Positions 14,040-27,404 of a stretch of 64,000 nt of DNA are shown one piece after another. The notes beneath the pieces are model-generated. The model ran no database searches. It saw only the letters and a program-made list of their open reading frames with translations, and was not told the origin of the DNA. The stretch is taken from assembly GCF_006345805.1 (NCBI RefSeq), contig NC_043004.1, positions 78,616,001-78,680,000 of the forward strand. The letters run 5' to 3'. Position 1 is the first letter of the stretch, and every line of letters starts with the position of its first letter. Origin of the DNA: Octopus sinensis. Taxonomy: Eukaryota. The position numbers and the translations under genes are program-made.

Positions 14040-14430
14040 TAATCGTTTTATGTTTGTTTTCCATGCTGACATGGGTTGGATGGTTTGATTGAAAACTGGC
14101 AAACTGGGAAGCTTCACTAGGTTTCAGTCTGGTTTGGCATGGTTTCTAGGGCTGGATGCTCTTCCTTAAGCCATCCACACCAAGAGTGTAGTAGGTGCTT
14201 TTTACATGCCACTGGTACAGGTGCCATTGACATGACATTGGTATCAGCCATGTGCTCAAAAGGTTTTCTCAAGCACAGCAGACCACCAAAGGTCTCATTC
14301 ACTTGTCATTGTCTCCATGAGGCTCAACATTCGAAGATCATGCTTCACCACCTCATCCCATGTCTTCTTGGGTCTGCCTCTTCCACAGGTTCCCTTCACC
14401 ATTAGAGTGTGACACTTCTTCACACAGCTA
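14040..14430 (-). mobile_element. Degenerate RTE LINE 3' end, head-to-head with the 14466 copy
   Basis: Minus GTCGRGRPKKTWDEVVKHDLRMLSLMETMTSE at 14295-14420, plus a decayed tail. Confidence 0.75.
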
Positions 14431-14465
14431 TACATACATACATACATACTACATACATATATATA

Positions 14466-15328
14466 TTGTGGTGAGAATGGAGGAGGATGGCTGTGTGAAA
14501 AAGTGCCACACCCTAGCAGTTGAGGGAACCTGTGGAAGAGGTAGACCCAGGAAGACCTGGGATGAAGTGGTGAAGCACAACCTTTGAACATTAGACCTCA
14601 CTGAGGAAATGATTAGCAAGCGAGACTTTTGGAAATATGCTGTCTTGCGAAGACCCAGCAAGCCAAATGAGACCATAACCTGTGGCCCATACCAGGAGCG
14701 TAACCAGCCCGCTTATGCGTACCTTTTCCTTCCTTGGACACTAAACTCTGCTTGCGAAGACCTGTTGAGGCAAGTGAAATCAAAATCATATTTGATGACA
14801 GGCATCCGTGCTAGTGGGGTGCAAAGAGCACCATACGAGCATGATCGTTGACAGAGCAGCTAACCAGCTTTCGTGCCAGTGGCACATAAAAAGGCACCAT
14901 TCAAGTGTGATCATTACCAGCGTTGCCTTACTGGCACTTGTGCCCGTGCTAGTAGGGTGCCAAGAGCATCATCCAAGTGTGATCATTGCCCGAGTAGCCA
15001 AGTGGCTTCCATGCTGGTGGCACGTAAAAGGGCACCATTTGAGCATGATCATTATCAACATCGCCTTATCTGTGCTGGTGGCATGTGTAAAAAGATTCGA
15101 GCGAGGTCGTTGTCAGTACCGCCTGACTGGCACCCGTGCCGGTGGCACGTAAAAAGCACCCACTACACTCTCAGAGTGGTTGGCATTAGGAGTGGCATCC
15201 AGCTGTAGAAACTCTGCCAAATCAAGATTGGAGCCTAGTGCAGCTATCTGGTTCGCCAGTTCTCAGTCAAAATCGTCCAACCCATGCTAGCATGGAAAGC
15301 GGACGTTAAATGATGATGATGATGATGA
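14466..15328 (+). mobile_element. 5'-truncated RTE LINE (ORF end + array-bearing 3' UTR)
   Basis: RMEEDGCVKKCHTLAVEGTCGRGRPRKTWDEVVKHNL followed by the same linker, array and tail as 25075-26245. Confidence 0.9.
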
Positions 15329-17305
15329 TATATATTTCCATTTATCCAACAGAAGTATCAGGTCTCTGAACATCTGCCAGTTCTTTGATTGCACTAATTA
15401 AATCTCCAGCACTAATTTGGAAACAAAAACTACCAATTAAATGTAGGGAGTCATTTGAATAGACCAGAGACTTCTTGTGAACTATTCCTGAATATTTATT
15501 GCGGTTAAATCTTGGATTCTGCTTAGATATCACACTGCATATTTTGTGTACAAATTGTTCGTGCTGAGAACACTATATCAAGTTCCTTTCTACTCATTCC
15601 TTACATCATCATCATCATCGTTTAACGTCCGTTTTCCATGCTAGCATGGGTTGGACGGTTTGACTGGGGTCTGGGAAGCCAGGAGGCTGCACCAGGCTCC
15701 AGTCTGATCTGGCAGTGTTTCTACAGCTGGATGCCCTTCCTAACGCCAACCACTCCGTGAGTGTAGTGGGTGCTTTTTACGTCCCACTGGCACAGGTGCC
15801 AGATGAGGCTGGCAGTGGCCACAATCGGTTGGTGCTTTTTATTTGCCACCGGCACAGAAGCCAGTCAAGGTGGCACTGGCATCAGCTACGTTTGGATGAT
15901 GCTTTTTATGTGCCACCGGCACAGGTATTTTAAAACCATTTTCCACATATATGGCTAGAGATGGGAGTGATGACCTCCTTTGCAAATGGTCAACACAAAC
16001 TGTGTGGCGATGGCCAGCTGGAGAAGATGTTGTCCTGGGGTTAAAACAACAGTAACATTGTCCTCTATAGGACTGCCACTTGATACCTCCACTTCTTATT
16101 TGCTAACAAATAAGAATACACACACACAGTGGGATTATCTGCTAGCTTATCTCTTGTCAGTCTGCATTGTTTTTGCTCATTTAGCAGTTTGATGCTCCCT
16201 TCATTAAACATGTAAACACTTAGCTATTGTTTCTTTTTATTTCTATGCAGATGTCATGTACGATTAATTCTCTAAACAGTTAGGGTTTTCTTTTTGACTA
16301 CACGTAATGATTTTCCCACCATGACTTGACTAAATATGGTGTGTCTATTTTGTTTATGAGGTCATATATGAGGAAAACATGCCTAGTGTTATCTCCTTGT
16401 TGAAGCACTCAAAACAATATTAATAATTAACTAACATTGTTCTTTTATTCACTGGAAACATTTTTGTAGCTAGCATTCTATTTTTTAAAAATTATCCTTG
16501 TATCAAACAGAATTCTTAACACTTAATACGATGTGTATCCATTTGCTTATCTAACCAGTTGTTTACTTCTCTATTTAGCTGTTCCTTCGTTTTTGAGTCT
16601 CAAACTATTCCCTATCCTTTTTCATAATACACACAAAAAATCCTTTTTCTCTCCTCTTTTTCACTTCCACTTTCATTATTTCTTTTGCTGTACCTTTCCC
16701 CTCTCCTCTTTCACCTCCCTTCTTCTCCCTCTTTCCGCCCATCCTCTGTTATGTGTCTATGTCTCTATCAACCCACTCTCTCTCCCCTCTCTCTCTGTGT
16801 CTGTCTGTCTGTCTGTCTGTCTACCCCTATCAGCCTTGAACTACACAAGTGAGGAGACTTCCCTGTTGATTTCTGTCTTACTTTGACACTTTGACAAAAG
16901 GTCAGCCATTTCTGAAGCCTCAATTAAGAGATCGTATGAAAGGAAAGAGTGGGTGGTGTGGCGGTGGTGGAATCGGTGGAAGTTTCTCTCCCTTTCTGCA
17001 AGTTTATTGGTTGATTTATTAAAGGTCAATACCCTTAATTTGAACAGTTTCGTCAGCATATGCAGACGCATGTGCATTCGCAAATACACGTGCTGTAATA
17101 TCTAAGTATACACATACATGCTGTACCTTTTAAAACATATTCATACATAAATATAAGTTTGTGTATGCATACACACACACACATTCCACATAATTGATAA
17201 TTGCTGCCTGCTTGCACCTCCCCATTGCATCTGCACTTGTATATACTTAAACTCAGACATCCACCCATATATACAAAAATACAGGTACATACGTACTTAT
17301 GTGTA

Positions 17306-17347
<42 letters not shown>

Positions 17348-17353
<6 letters not shown>

Positions 17354-17615
17354 CAAAATAAGCAACAAGGATATCCAAGGTAGTGTAGTACAATGTTTCA
17401 TGCTACTTCATTTTATTAAACACTGTATTACATCAGTTTTAAAATCTTGAGTATAAGAATGTGCATTGTCCGTTTTAATTAAATAATTCTATATGTGGCT
17501 GAAGATTGCTCAACATTTTAAAACTGATGTAATACTTAGTTTTTAATAAAATGAAGTAGTATGAAACAATTGTACTACACTACCTTGGATATCCTTGTTG
17601 CTTATTTTGATTATA
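17348..17615. mobile_element. Fold-back MITE with ~105-bp inverted arms
   Basis: TATAATCAAAATAAGCAACAAGGATATCCAAGGTAGTGTAGTACAA... and its near-perfect reverse complement. Confidence 0.88.
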
Positions 17616-17883
17616 ATCACCCCATTTGATTTATATGGATCATACCATACGAAATTCTTGTGCCTTTAACTTAAGTACCATATTCATCTGAATCTAAATT
17701 TTGTTGAACTTACACTCACACACGTACATAGACAGTGGTGGTCTAATTGTTAAGCAGAGTCTGACCACCTTCGTACCTACATCTTAGATCTATCATGCTG
17801 TCTGATGTGGGTTTTTTAAACCAATGTATTGAAAAGACACCCAGATAGATTGCATATCTGATTTGGACCACAAAGAGCTGCAG

Positions 17884-18260
17884 TTAAGTTCTGATCTTTG
17901 TGGATCTTTTCAGGCCTCCATTAGATTTGTAGACCTTATGGCACACACGACATTGAAAGGTGTGCACAGACACATAGGCAGAATAGTTGGGAGAGGTTTG
18001 TTTTTCATGGGTCCATAAATGAGATTTGAGCCCAGCAAAAGAAAGGCATGGCCTGTCACAAACTGTGTACACAGAAGGGTCACTGAGAATCACATTCTTG
18101 GTCACAACATTCTTTAAATCTCTCTTGAGTCTTGCATGTGTCATCCTGGCCCCCTCAAAGGTTTTCACTCCACTCCACACTTTTGTTCACCCTCCAGTTC
18201 AATCTGAAGCAAGGGCTTATATGGCCTTTGGATCCATAGAAAGTCTGTGTGTCTCTGTAT
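17884..18260 (-). mobile_element. RTE-type LINE C-terminal remnant with two C2H2-like zinc fingers
   Basis: MDPKAI*ALASD*TGG*TKVWSGVKTFEGARMTHARLKR...(Y)TVCDRPCLSFAGLKSHLWTH...FQCRVCHKVYKSNGGLKR resembles BovB-like RTE termini (W..LA.DR..WR..V..G...FE..R, then C..C.R......GL.SH..H). Confidence 0.75.
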
Positions 18261-18689
18261 AGATCAGTGGTTCTTAACCTGGGGGGCATGAACCCTTGAG
18301 AAAAAGCAGGAATTTTTTCAATTATATTTGCTATTCCCTTAACGAGAGCATAGGCAAATAATTAGAAGTTTATGAAAAAATGCAGAAGTATCGCCTTAGA
18401 CCTTTAGTTCTCTTATTTTACTATCATAGCGCCGCTTACTATTTACTGTACTTATTGACCCCACTTCATATCCCTCAAAACCCTTACTAATTCTGAATTG
18501 TAGCTTTAAAATTTGCTTTTATTTCATAATTTTTTTCATTACAAGACTTGGATTAAGAACCATTTGTATAAAGCTTAGATATTATAATCGTGTAAAGACA
18601 CTAGTATAAGCTCGTTTTGTGTTGGGCAACTGTGTAAAAGAGGAAATGTTGTTCTGTCACCCAATGGATAGTAATATTTGGTTCTTGTG

Positions 18690-19100
18690 CCTATCCTCAT
18701 GAATTTTGGATAATGACTGAAAGGGTACGACTGTGAATACAAGCAGCTGGAACGGGATTCCTGTGAAAGATATGTGGTGTAACATTACCTGATAGGTTGC
18801 ATGGTACAAAGATTAGTGGCTCTCTTCATGTTACACCACTGCCTCTCCATACTGAGAGACCACAGCTCTGGTTCTAAGGAGATGTGATTTGAATATCACA
18901 GCAAAGAGTTGCAAGATAGATTCTTCAAGCCAAGTCAATTGACAGGAGACCTAGGGGTAGACCAAGAATGATTCAGTTGCATAATATCCGTGGGGTCAGT
19001 TGGTCATACTTGGAAATCCAGCACTGAAAGTACAATGATAGTTGCGCCTGATAGGACCCAATTGGGGATTCTAACCCCATAACCCTCTCAGGAATAGTGG
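18690..19100 (+). mobile_element. Decayed RTE LINE 3' end (third family)
   Basis: QLWF*GDVI*ISQQRVAR*ILQAKSIDRRPRGRPRM...NIRGVSWSYLEIQ. Confidence 0.65.
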
Positions 19101-19227
19101 TGGGGGCGGAGAAGATGGATGAATATCTCTCTATCTATAGTGTTCCAAATGTTTCACATTTTGCCTCAAGGCCAGTAATTTTAGGAGTATGAGGTTGATA
19201 TAATTGACTGTTACTTATTTTATCAAC

Positions 19228-19456
19228 TTAACCCTTTAATGTTCAGATTACTCTGTTAAATGTAATGCATTTTCATTCAAATTGTTTTGAATTAATCATG
19301 CATTATCTTATAGCTTTGAGGTTTCAATGATGTGAATATTTATTTTTAGAATGTCAATGTAGGTTAGGTGTGAGCGGCTAGATATGGCTAGTTCAAATAT
19401 AAAACGTGTAGAATATATTGGGCTGGATGTGGCCGGTTTAAACACTAAAGGGTTAA
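19228..19456 (+). mobile_element. Second piggyBac-like MITE family
   Basis: TTAACCCTTTAATGTT...CACTAAAGGGTTAA with a different body. Degenerate relatives lie near 62040-62255, 20440-20585(-) and 2620-2685. Confidence 0.8.
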
Positions 19457-22400
19457 AGGAATGAAAGATAAGTTGATAAGTTGAAAGATAAGGTGGGGTT
19501 TGAACTGAAAATGCCAGTAATTATTTTGTCCAATGTGCCAACTATTCACTCAGCTTGTTGTCTTACTACTACTACTAATAATAATGATAAATAATAATGG
19601 TTTCAAATTTTTCCACAAGGGCAGTCATTTTTGGGGAGGGGATAAGCCGATCACATTAACCCTGAAAGGATGAAAGGCAAAGTTGACCTCAGTGGAATTT
19701 TAACTCAGGATCTAACAATGGGTGAAATACTGCTAAGCATTTTGCTCGGTGTGCTAGCAATTCTGCCTGCTTGCTGCTTTATCATAATAATAATAATAAT
19801 AATCCTTTCTACTATAGGCACAAGGCCTGAAATTTGGGGAAAGGAATTAAGTCAATTACATCGACCCCAGTGTTTCACTGGTACTTAATTTATTGACTCC
19901 AAAAAGATGAAAGGCAAAGTCAACCTTGGGGAATTTGAACTCAGAATGTTGCAACAAGCGAAATACTGCTAAGCATTCCATCCAGTGTGTTAATGATTCT
20001 GCTAGATCACCACCTTAATAATAATAATGATAACAATAATGACCTTATTGTATGCATAGTTCAGGTGTACTGCAACTTTTCAGAAAAGAGTAGAGGTATA
20101 TAAAGAGCAATTGTTGAATTATGGTGTATATACCCCTAAATCCTTGGAGTTTATGTCATTGATCACCAGGCAACAGCCTCCTTTGAAACAGCCTCAAGAC
20201 CATCTTTTGTATACAGGTATTAAAGGATGAAAACAAGAACACTACAACCAACTCTGGTCAGTCTACCTTCATGTGTAGCCTCTGTGGTCATGTCTGTTTG
20301 TCTCAAACTGGAATTGTCAGGCATCAGCAAACCTGCAACACACGTGGACATCTCCATCTGCAAATCTTTGATTGCCAAGCCTAACCAAGAAGGTGTGTGT
20401 GTCTCCAACCTATGCTGGCATGGAACATGGACATTAATCCTTTAGCATATATATTGGCCATATCTGACCCAGATATTCTACCTGTTTTATGTTCTGTCTA
20501 GATCTGGCCTCTCACACTTATCCGACAATGCCATTTTAAAAGATAAGCATTACATTTGATAGAATAAATTGAATACGAAATGTTTAAATAATGGTGATAA
20601 TGATGATGTTTGAGGTGATAGGAGATATTTAACCAGAAAAGACTAGGCTTTAAAATCTGTAGATTTCATTTGCAATCTTTTTATTGATCTTGGAAGATTT
20701 TACATTGGTAGGGTTTGATCTCAGGATGTAAAGAGACATAACCAAAATACTGCCAGATATTTAGTCTGGTTCTCTACATTTATTATCCATCTTTGGGTCT
20801 TTTATGATTTCATTTAAGTAAAAATAGGATGTATTTCCACCTGTATTTCTCATATCTTACCTTTTATTATTGTTACAAATAGATGGCAATATTACCTGGT
20901 CAGGTGAGGATAAATATAAATCATAAGATTAGATCAGAGGTAGTGGCACTTTTCCAATTTTCAAGAGATGAGAGAAAAAAAAATTATAAATAGATGTGGG
21001 TGTGGCTGTGTGGTTAAGAACCTTGCTTCCCTACTACATAGTTTGGGGTTTCAGTCCCACTGTGCAGCACCTTGAGCAAATGTCTTCTGCTATGGCCCTG
21101 AGCCAATCAAATCCTTGTGAGTGGATTTGGTAAACAGAGACTGAAAGATGCCTCTCATGTGTGTGTGTTTGTTCATTTGTTTCCTTGTCTAGACATCATA
21201 CAAGTGAGTGTGTTTGTTTTTAGTCTTCCATGGGAAACGTGTCTAACTTTGGACAAATATAACCTTACTTGGAAACAGATGAAGGTCAGCAACAGGAAGG
21301 GTATTTGACCTTTGGAAATTAGCCACAACAAATTCTATCTGACCCATGCAAGCATGGCAAAGTGGACATCAAGTGATGATTGTGATGATGATGGTGTCTG
21401 TTTGTTTAAAAACTAGTATTTTTACATTTCAAACAATCCAGAAATCAATTCTAATGTTCTGTGAATGATTTAATTAATCCATGTTGTCAATTCATATATT
21501 GTTCTAGGAGTCAGACTGACCAATCATGTTGAGTTCTTGTCATCATCATCATCATCGTTTAACGTCCACTTTCCATGCTAGCATGGGTTGGACGAATGAC
21601 TGAGGGCTGGCGAACCAGATGGCTGCACCAGGCTTCAATCTTGATTTGTCAGAGTTTCTACAGCTGGATGCCCTTCCTAACGCCAACCACTCCGAGAGTG
21701 TAGTGGGTGCTTTTACATGTCACCGGCATGGGACCAGTCAGGCGGCACTGGCAACGACCTCGCTGGAATCTTTTACACATGCCACCAGCACAGGTGCCAG
21801 TAAGGTGATGCTGGTAACGATCACGCTCGAATGGTGTCTTTTACGTGCCACCAGCACGGAGGCCAGTCATCGAATTTGATTTTGATTTTTGTGCTGTAAG
21901 CTAACGTCTCTCTGTGGACAGAGGATTAATATTCTTTCACTGATGATCATCAAAGAAAACTAGAAACTAATCAAAGCAATTTCACTTTTTTCTACCAAAA
22001 AATAATTTCTGTTGCATAACCTCTCCTTGCAGCCTGGCTAAATTGTACATTAAATAAAACAAATCTACCTTACATTTCACATTATCTAGAAATACCATTT
22101 AATAAATTTTAAATTTACCCTTTAACTGTGAAATGAAATTTCATGGTTCTTCCAGTGATGATCTTTAAATATCCACCAACAAAATAGAATTGGTATTTTC
22201 TACAAGTCATGTTGCCTCAAACTTGACATTCCTCAGCAAAAGATGGAGAAAAGTGCTTTCCATGGTTGGATATTCCTTTATTCTTTTACTCTTTTACTTG
22301 TTTCAGTCATTTAACTGCGGCCATGCTGGAGCACTACCTTTAGTCGAGCAAATTGACCCCAAGACTTATTCTTTGTAAGCCTAGTACTTATTCTATCGGC

Positions 22401-24307
22401 CTCTCTTGCCAAATCACTAAGTTATGGGGGCGTCAACAGATCAGCATCAGTTGTCAAGTGATGGCAGTGGGACAAACACACACACCCACATGATGGGATT
22501 CTTTCAGTTTCCATCTACCAAATCCACTCACAAAGCTTTGGTCGACCCGAGGCTATAGTAGAAGACACTCACCTAAGGTACCATGCAGTGGGACTGAACC
22601 TGGACACATGTGGTTGATAAGCAAGCTTCTTACCACACAACCACTCCTATGCCTATATCGGATTTCTGCAGTAAAAGGGTTGATGTTGTCAATGGCCCAA
22701 AATTTTCATCTAGATGATTACTCTGTTAGACCTGTTACATTTTTTAAGCAGGTATGTGTGTGGTGGGGGTACTTTTATCTCCAAATTAATCCTATTTTCT
22801 TTTGTCTGTGAAGGTGAACCTTTATTTAAAGTATAATGTAATAATTTGTTGCTATTTGTGTGTTGTTAAAAGATTAGGGTCCTTGTCTCTGACTCATGCT
22901 TATTAGATATCAAGTTTTTGGTGTCAGACACATTGCTGCATTTAGCTCAGTCGTTCTAGTTAATGATCAGGTACCACACCCATTGTTTTGGGGACAGTTT
23001 ACCATATTCCAACCTTTTTCAACATATCTAGACTCCCAGCCCTCTTCAATTAATAACTGAGGGAGCCTTTACATGGTTAACTGATAAGCTAGAAATAGCA
23101 GACTGTCTCCCTCAAATCAAACTTTACAATCTTTAAAAAGGTAAACTATTCACTATATGAAGACACCATTACCACTTCTGTAACTTTTCCAGTGTTACAC
23201 CAATCATCATCATCATCATTATTTAACATCCGCTTTCCATGCTAGCATGGGTTGGACAAATGACTGAGGTCTGGCGAACCAGACTCCAATCTGATCTGGC
23301 AGAGTTTCTACAGCTGGATGCCCTTCCTAACACCAACCACTCCAAGAGTGTAGTGGATGCTTTTACGTGCCACCAGCACAAGGGCCAGTTTGGTGGAACT
23401 GGTAACAGCCACACCCAAACGGTACTTTTTATGTGCCACTTGCACAGGAGCCAGCCCAGCGACACTGGCGACAACCTCGCTCGAATGTTTCACGTGCCAC
23501 CAGCACAAATGCGAGTAAGGCGACGCGGTAACGATCACACTCAAATGGTGTGCTTAAGGTGCCATCGGCACGAAGGCCAGCTTGTTGCTCTGGCAATGAT
23601 CTCACTCGTATGGTACTCTTAGCACTCCACTAGCAATGGATGCCAGTCGCCGAGTTTGATTTTGACGACTATGGAAAATACGGGAGGGTTTTGTTGTATC
23701 CTGTATTAAAAAATAATTTTCTATATCTCTGGCTTGTTTTTCTTGTTATTCTAATTAACATCAGTTCATTGTCAAACGACAGCTGCTCTCTGTTCATTAA
23801 TCTTATTTTGTGCATCTCTAAACATCTTAAAACTATGTCTACCTTCAGGCGATGAAACCCAGTACTTTGTCTTGCTTTTTGTTTTTTTCTCCTACCTAAT
23901 CTTGTTTTGCCCCTTTGTCCTTGCTGTTAAGTTCACTTTCATTCCTACATCTATTGTAGTAATCCCTTTAAAACCCCTCACCTTTCTTTCTTTCCTTAAC
24001 ACTTGTTGATTATTCAGAAGTTGTAATTTTCTTTGTTCTTTCTGTTAGAGCCGTTATCTTCACGATACACCACCATCAACCACCGATAGAAAATGTAACT
24101 CTCAAATAAATATTTCACTGAAAATACAAATTTGCTTTAACCTCTGCCTACAGTAACATTATCGCCATTCTGCTGCCGTTCATTCCCTTACATCATTGGT
24201 CATGGGGCTATTGTAGAAGATACTTACCTAAGGTATCACACACTGGGGTTGAACCCAAAACCACGTGGTTGGAAAGCTTAATGAACCTCACAATCATACC
24301 TCCAGCT

Positions 24308-24810
24308 GCTGGCAGAAGCATTAGCATGCCGGGTGAAATGCTTAGCAATATTTCATGTCTTTACATTCTGAGTTCAAATTCTGCCGAGGTCAACTGCCTT
24401 TCATCCTTTTGGGGTCAATAAATTAAGTACCAGTTGCATACTGGGGTCGATCTAATTGACTGGCCCCTTCCCCCAAAATTTTGGGCCTTGTGCCTAGAGT
24501 AGAAACTGATATTTCGTTTGTCTTTACATTCTGAGTTCAAATTCTTTCGGGGTCAATAAATTAAGTACCAGATGCATACTGGGGTCGATCTAATCAACTG
24601 GCCCCTTCCCTCAAAATTTCGGGCCTTGTGCATAGAGTAGAAACGGATATTTCGTTTGTCTTTATGTTCTGAGTTCAAATTCCGCTGAGGTCGACTTTGC
24701 TTTCATCCTTTCAGGGTCAATAAATTAAGTACCAGTTGCATACTGGGTCAATCTAATCGACTGGCCCTCTCCCCAAAAATTTTGGGCCTTTTGCCTAGAG
24801 TAGAAAAGAA
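24308..24810 (+). mobile_element. Head-to-tail triplet of SINE family B
   Basis: One copy with a head, then two headless copies joined at ...GAGTAGAAAC(T/G)G|ATATTTCG at about 24508 and 24646. Confidence 0.85.
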
Positions 24811-25074
24811 TCATACTTGCACCTATCGGAAGTCAGCTTAAACAGAGACAGTCTGCAGATGATCAGTGGTGATAACAATCTTTATCAAATAGATTATTGA
24901 TTTATATCAATGATCTATTTGATCAAAATTGTTACTGTCATGGACACATAAGAGGTGCAGCAATATCAAAGGAAGGCTAACTGGGAAGATAGTTTTTGTA
25001 CGTAGCAGATGCTCAGCAGCAATAAACACTGAAAATGTGCAGAGAACAACTTCCGCCACGTTCCAGTGACAAAA

Positions 25075-26245
25075 ACTAGAAATAGTTCACAGCTTCCATT
25101 ACCTAGGTGACCAAGTCAGTAACAGGGGAGGGTGCAGTGAAAGTGTAGCTGCTAGAATAAGAATAACCTTGGGAAAAGTTCAGAGAGCTCCTACCTTTGC
25201 TGGTGACAAAGGGCCTCTTACTCAGAGTAAAAGGTAGACTGTATGACGTATGTGTATGAACAGCCATGCTACATGGTAGTGAAAATGGGCCGTGACTGCT
25301 GAGGACATGCATAAGCTCGCAAGGAATGAAGCCAGTATGATCCGATGAATGTGTAATATCAGTGTGCATACTTGACAGAGTATTAGTAACTTGAGAGAAA
25401 AAGTTGGACCAAAGAAGCATGAGATGTGGTTTGCAAGAGAGACGACTGCACTGGTATGATCATGTAGAGAGAATGGATGAGGATAGCTGTGTGAAAAAGT
25501 GCCACACCCTAGTGGTTGAGGCAACCTGTGGAAGAAGTAGACCCCGGAAGACCTGGAATGAGGTGTTGAAGCATGACCTTCGAACATTAGGCTTTACCGA
25601 GGCAATGACTAGTGACCAACAGCCTTTGGAAATATACTGTGCTTGAGAAGACCCCACAAGCCAAGTGAGACCATAACCTCATGGCCTATGCCAGGGGTGT
25701 AACCAGCCCACTTATGCGTACCTTTCCTTCATTGGACACTAAACTCTGCTTGCAAAGACCTGTTGAGGCAAGTGAAATTGAAATCGAAATCAAATTCGAT
25801 GACTGGCATCCGTGCTAGTGGAGAGATAAGAGCACCATCTGAGTGTGATCGTTGCCAGAGCAGTTAACTGGCTTCTGTGTCAGTGGCATGTAAAAAGCAC
25901 CATTTGAGCATAATCGTTACCAGCGATGCCTTACTCTCATGCGAAAAAACATTTGAGCAAGGTCGGTGCCAGTGCCACTGGACTGGCTCCTGTGCAAGTG
26001 GCACATAAAAAACACCATTTGAGCGTGACCGTTGCCAGTACTGCCTGACTGGCCCTTGTGCCAGTGGCACGTAAAAGCACTCACTACACTCTCGGAGTGG
26101 TTGGTGTTAGGAAGGGCATCCAGCTGTAGAAACTCTGCCAGATCAGATTGGAGTCTGGTGCAGCCATTTGGTTCGCCAGACCTGAGTCAAATCGTCCAAC
26201 CCATGCTAGCATGGAAAGCAGACGTTAAACAATGATGATGATGAT
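25075..26245 (+). mobile_element. 5'-truncated RTE-clade LINE (decayed ORF end + 3' UTR with hairpin array + (GAT)n tail)
   Basis: Conceptual translation SFHYLGDQVS..GGCSESVAARIRI..KFRELLPLLVTKGL.LRVKGRLY...AMLHGSE...RLHWYDHVERMDEDSCVKKC...CGRSRPRKTWNEVLKHDLRTLG, with stops and frameshifts. It continues into the shared tail ...TTAGGAAGGGCATCCAGCTGTAGAAAC...GACGTTAAAC(GAT)n. Confidence 0.92.
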
Positions 26246-27356
26246 TGTTTGGCTCCAAACTGTCTCTGTTTAAGCTGACTTCTGATCAGAGGTGTTCCAA
26301 CTGTGACCAACCTGTCTTTTTCTAACGTCTACGATTATTGTTCAATGTATCCTTTTTTTTTCTTAAGACTTTGAGTGATTTGAGAGAAATTTAGGTGCTG
26401 TTTCTGGCAGACTCCTTCAAAATACATGTTGAGGAAAAACTTTACTTTGATTATCTAGCTTCTGGCCCCTTAAATCTGTAACCACTCATTTTATCATTAT
26501 TGGTCAACATTTCTTACAGACACTTTCTGGGATTGAATCTGATTTCTTCCTTGAAAAAATGATGCTAAGTAACTGCAGAAACCTCTATATTAAGGGTCCC
26601 CAAACAACTGCACTATCTGACACAAGGTTGCATAGAAAGAAGAGATTTTAAAATTCCAATCCTATTTTATTGACTATTGCAGTCTGCAGGATGTTTTTTG
26701 CATTATGTTAATAAGGAGCTTATTGTGTACAGTGCTCAGGTCAACTACAATACGCATCATATATGCAGTTTATCTATCAACCTTAAATCTTCTCGAAACG
26801 GCTGTAAGATTTTGTACCTATTTAGGATTCCTCATGAATCATATCTCATATGTGTGAATGCATCTTTGTATGCTGTGAAGAATTTTGATAATTTGAAATG
26901 GATTGAATGAATATGTACACTGACTTTTGAAATTTGTTTCTCTCCTTCTTAATTTTATATATATGTGTGTGTGTGTGTGGAGGCACAATGGCCCAGTGAT
27001 TAGGGCAGCTGACTCATGGTCATAAGATCGCAGTTTCGATTCCCACACTGGGTGTTGTGAGTGTTTATTGAGTGAAAACACTTAAAGCTCTACGAAGCTC
27101 CGGCAGGAGGTGGTGGTGAACCCTGCTTTACTCTTTCACCACAACTTTCTCTCACTCTTTCTTCTTGTTTCTGTTGTACCAGTATTTCAAAGGGGCCAGC
27201 CTTGTCACACCCTGTGTCATGCTGAACCTCCCTGAAAACTACATTAAGGTACATGTATCTGTGGAGTGCTCAGCCACTTGCACGTTAATTTCACGAGAAG
27301 GCTGTTATGTTGATTGGATGAACTAGAACCTTTGTCGTCATAACCAACTGAGTGCC

Positions 27357-27404
<48 letters not shown>

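Noticed and set aside
14800-15160. CRISPR-like pattern: a constant hairpin repeat separated by ~35-45-nt variable segments
   Set aside because: The variable segments are homologous to each other and recur at many loci, the array sits in an RTE LINE 3' UTR, the DNA is eukaryotic, and there are no cas genes or leader.
15342-15533. Minus ORF ending DLISAIKELADVQRPDTSVG
   Set aside because: Looks protein-like but has no partner exons, recognisable family or clean splice pair.
24049-24094. Possible 46-nt exon after a long pyrimidine tract (ttag|AGCC...AAAT|gtaact)
   Set aside because: The peptide SRYLHDTPPSTTDRK shows no XK similarity and would give xAT = Tyr rather than Asp at the next junction; the donor is mediocre. 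A UTR exon cannot be excluded.
24815-26315. Inverted ~40-bp matches (GAAGTCAGCTTAAACAGAGACAG) flanking the RTE copy, suggesting a composite transposon
   Set aside because: No TSD or terminal signature; more simply two oppositely oriented fragments of another dispersed repeat.
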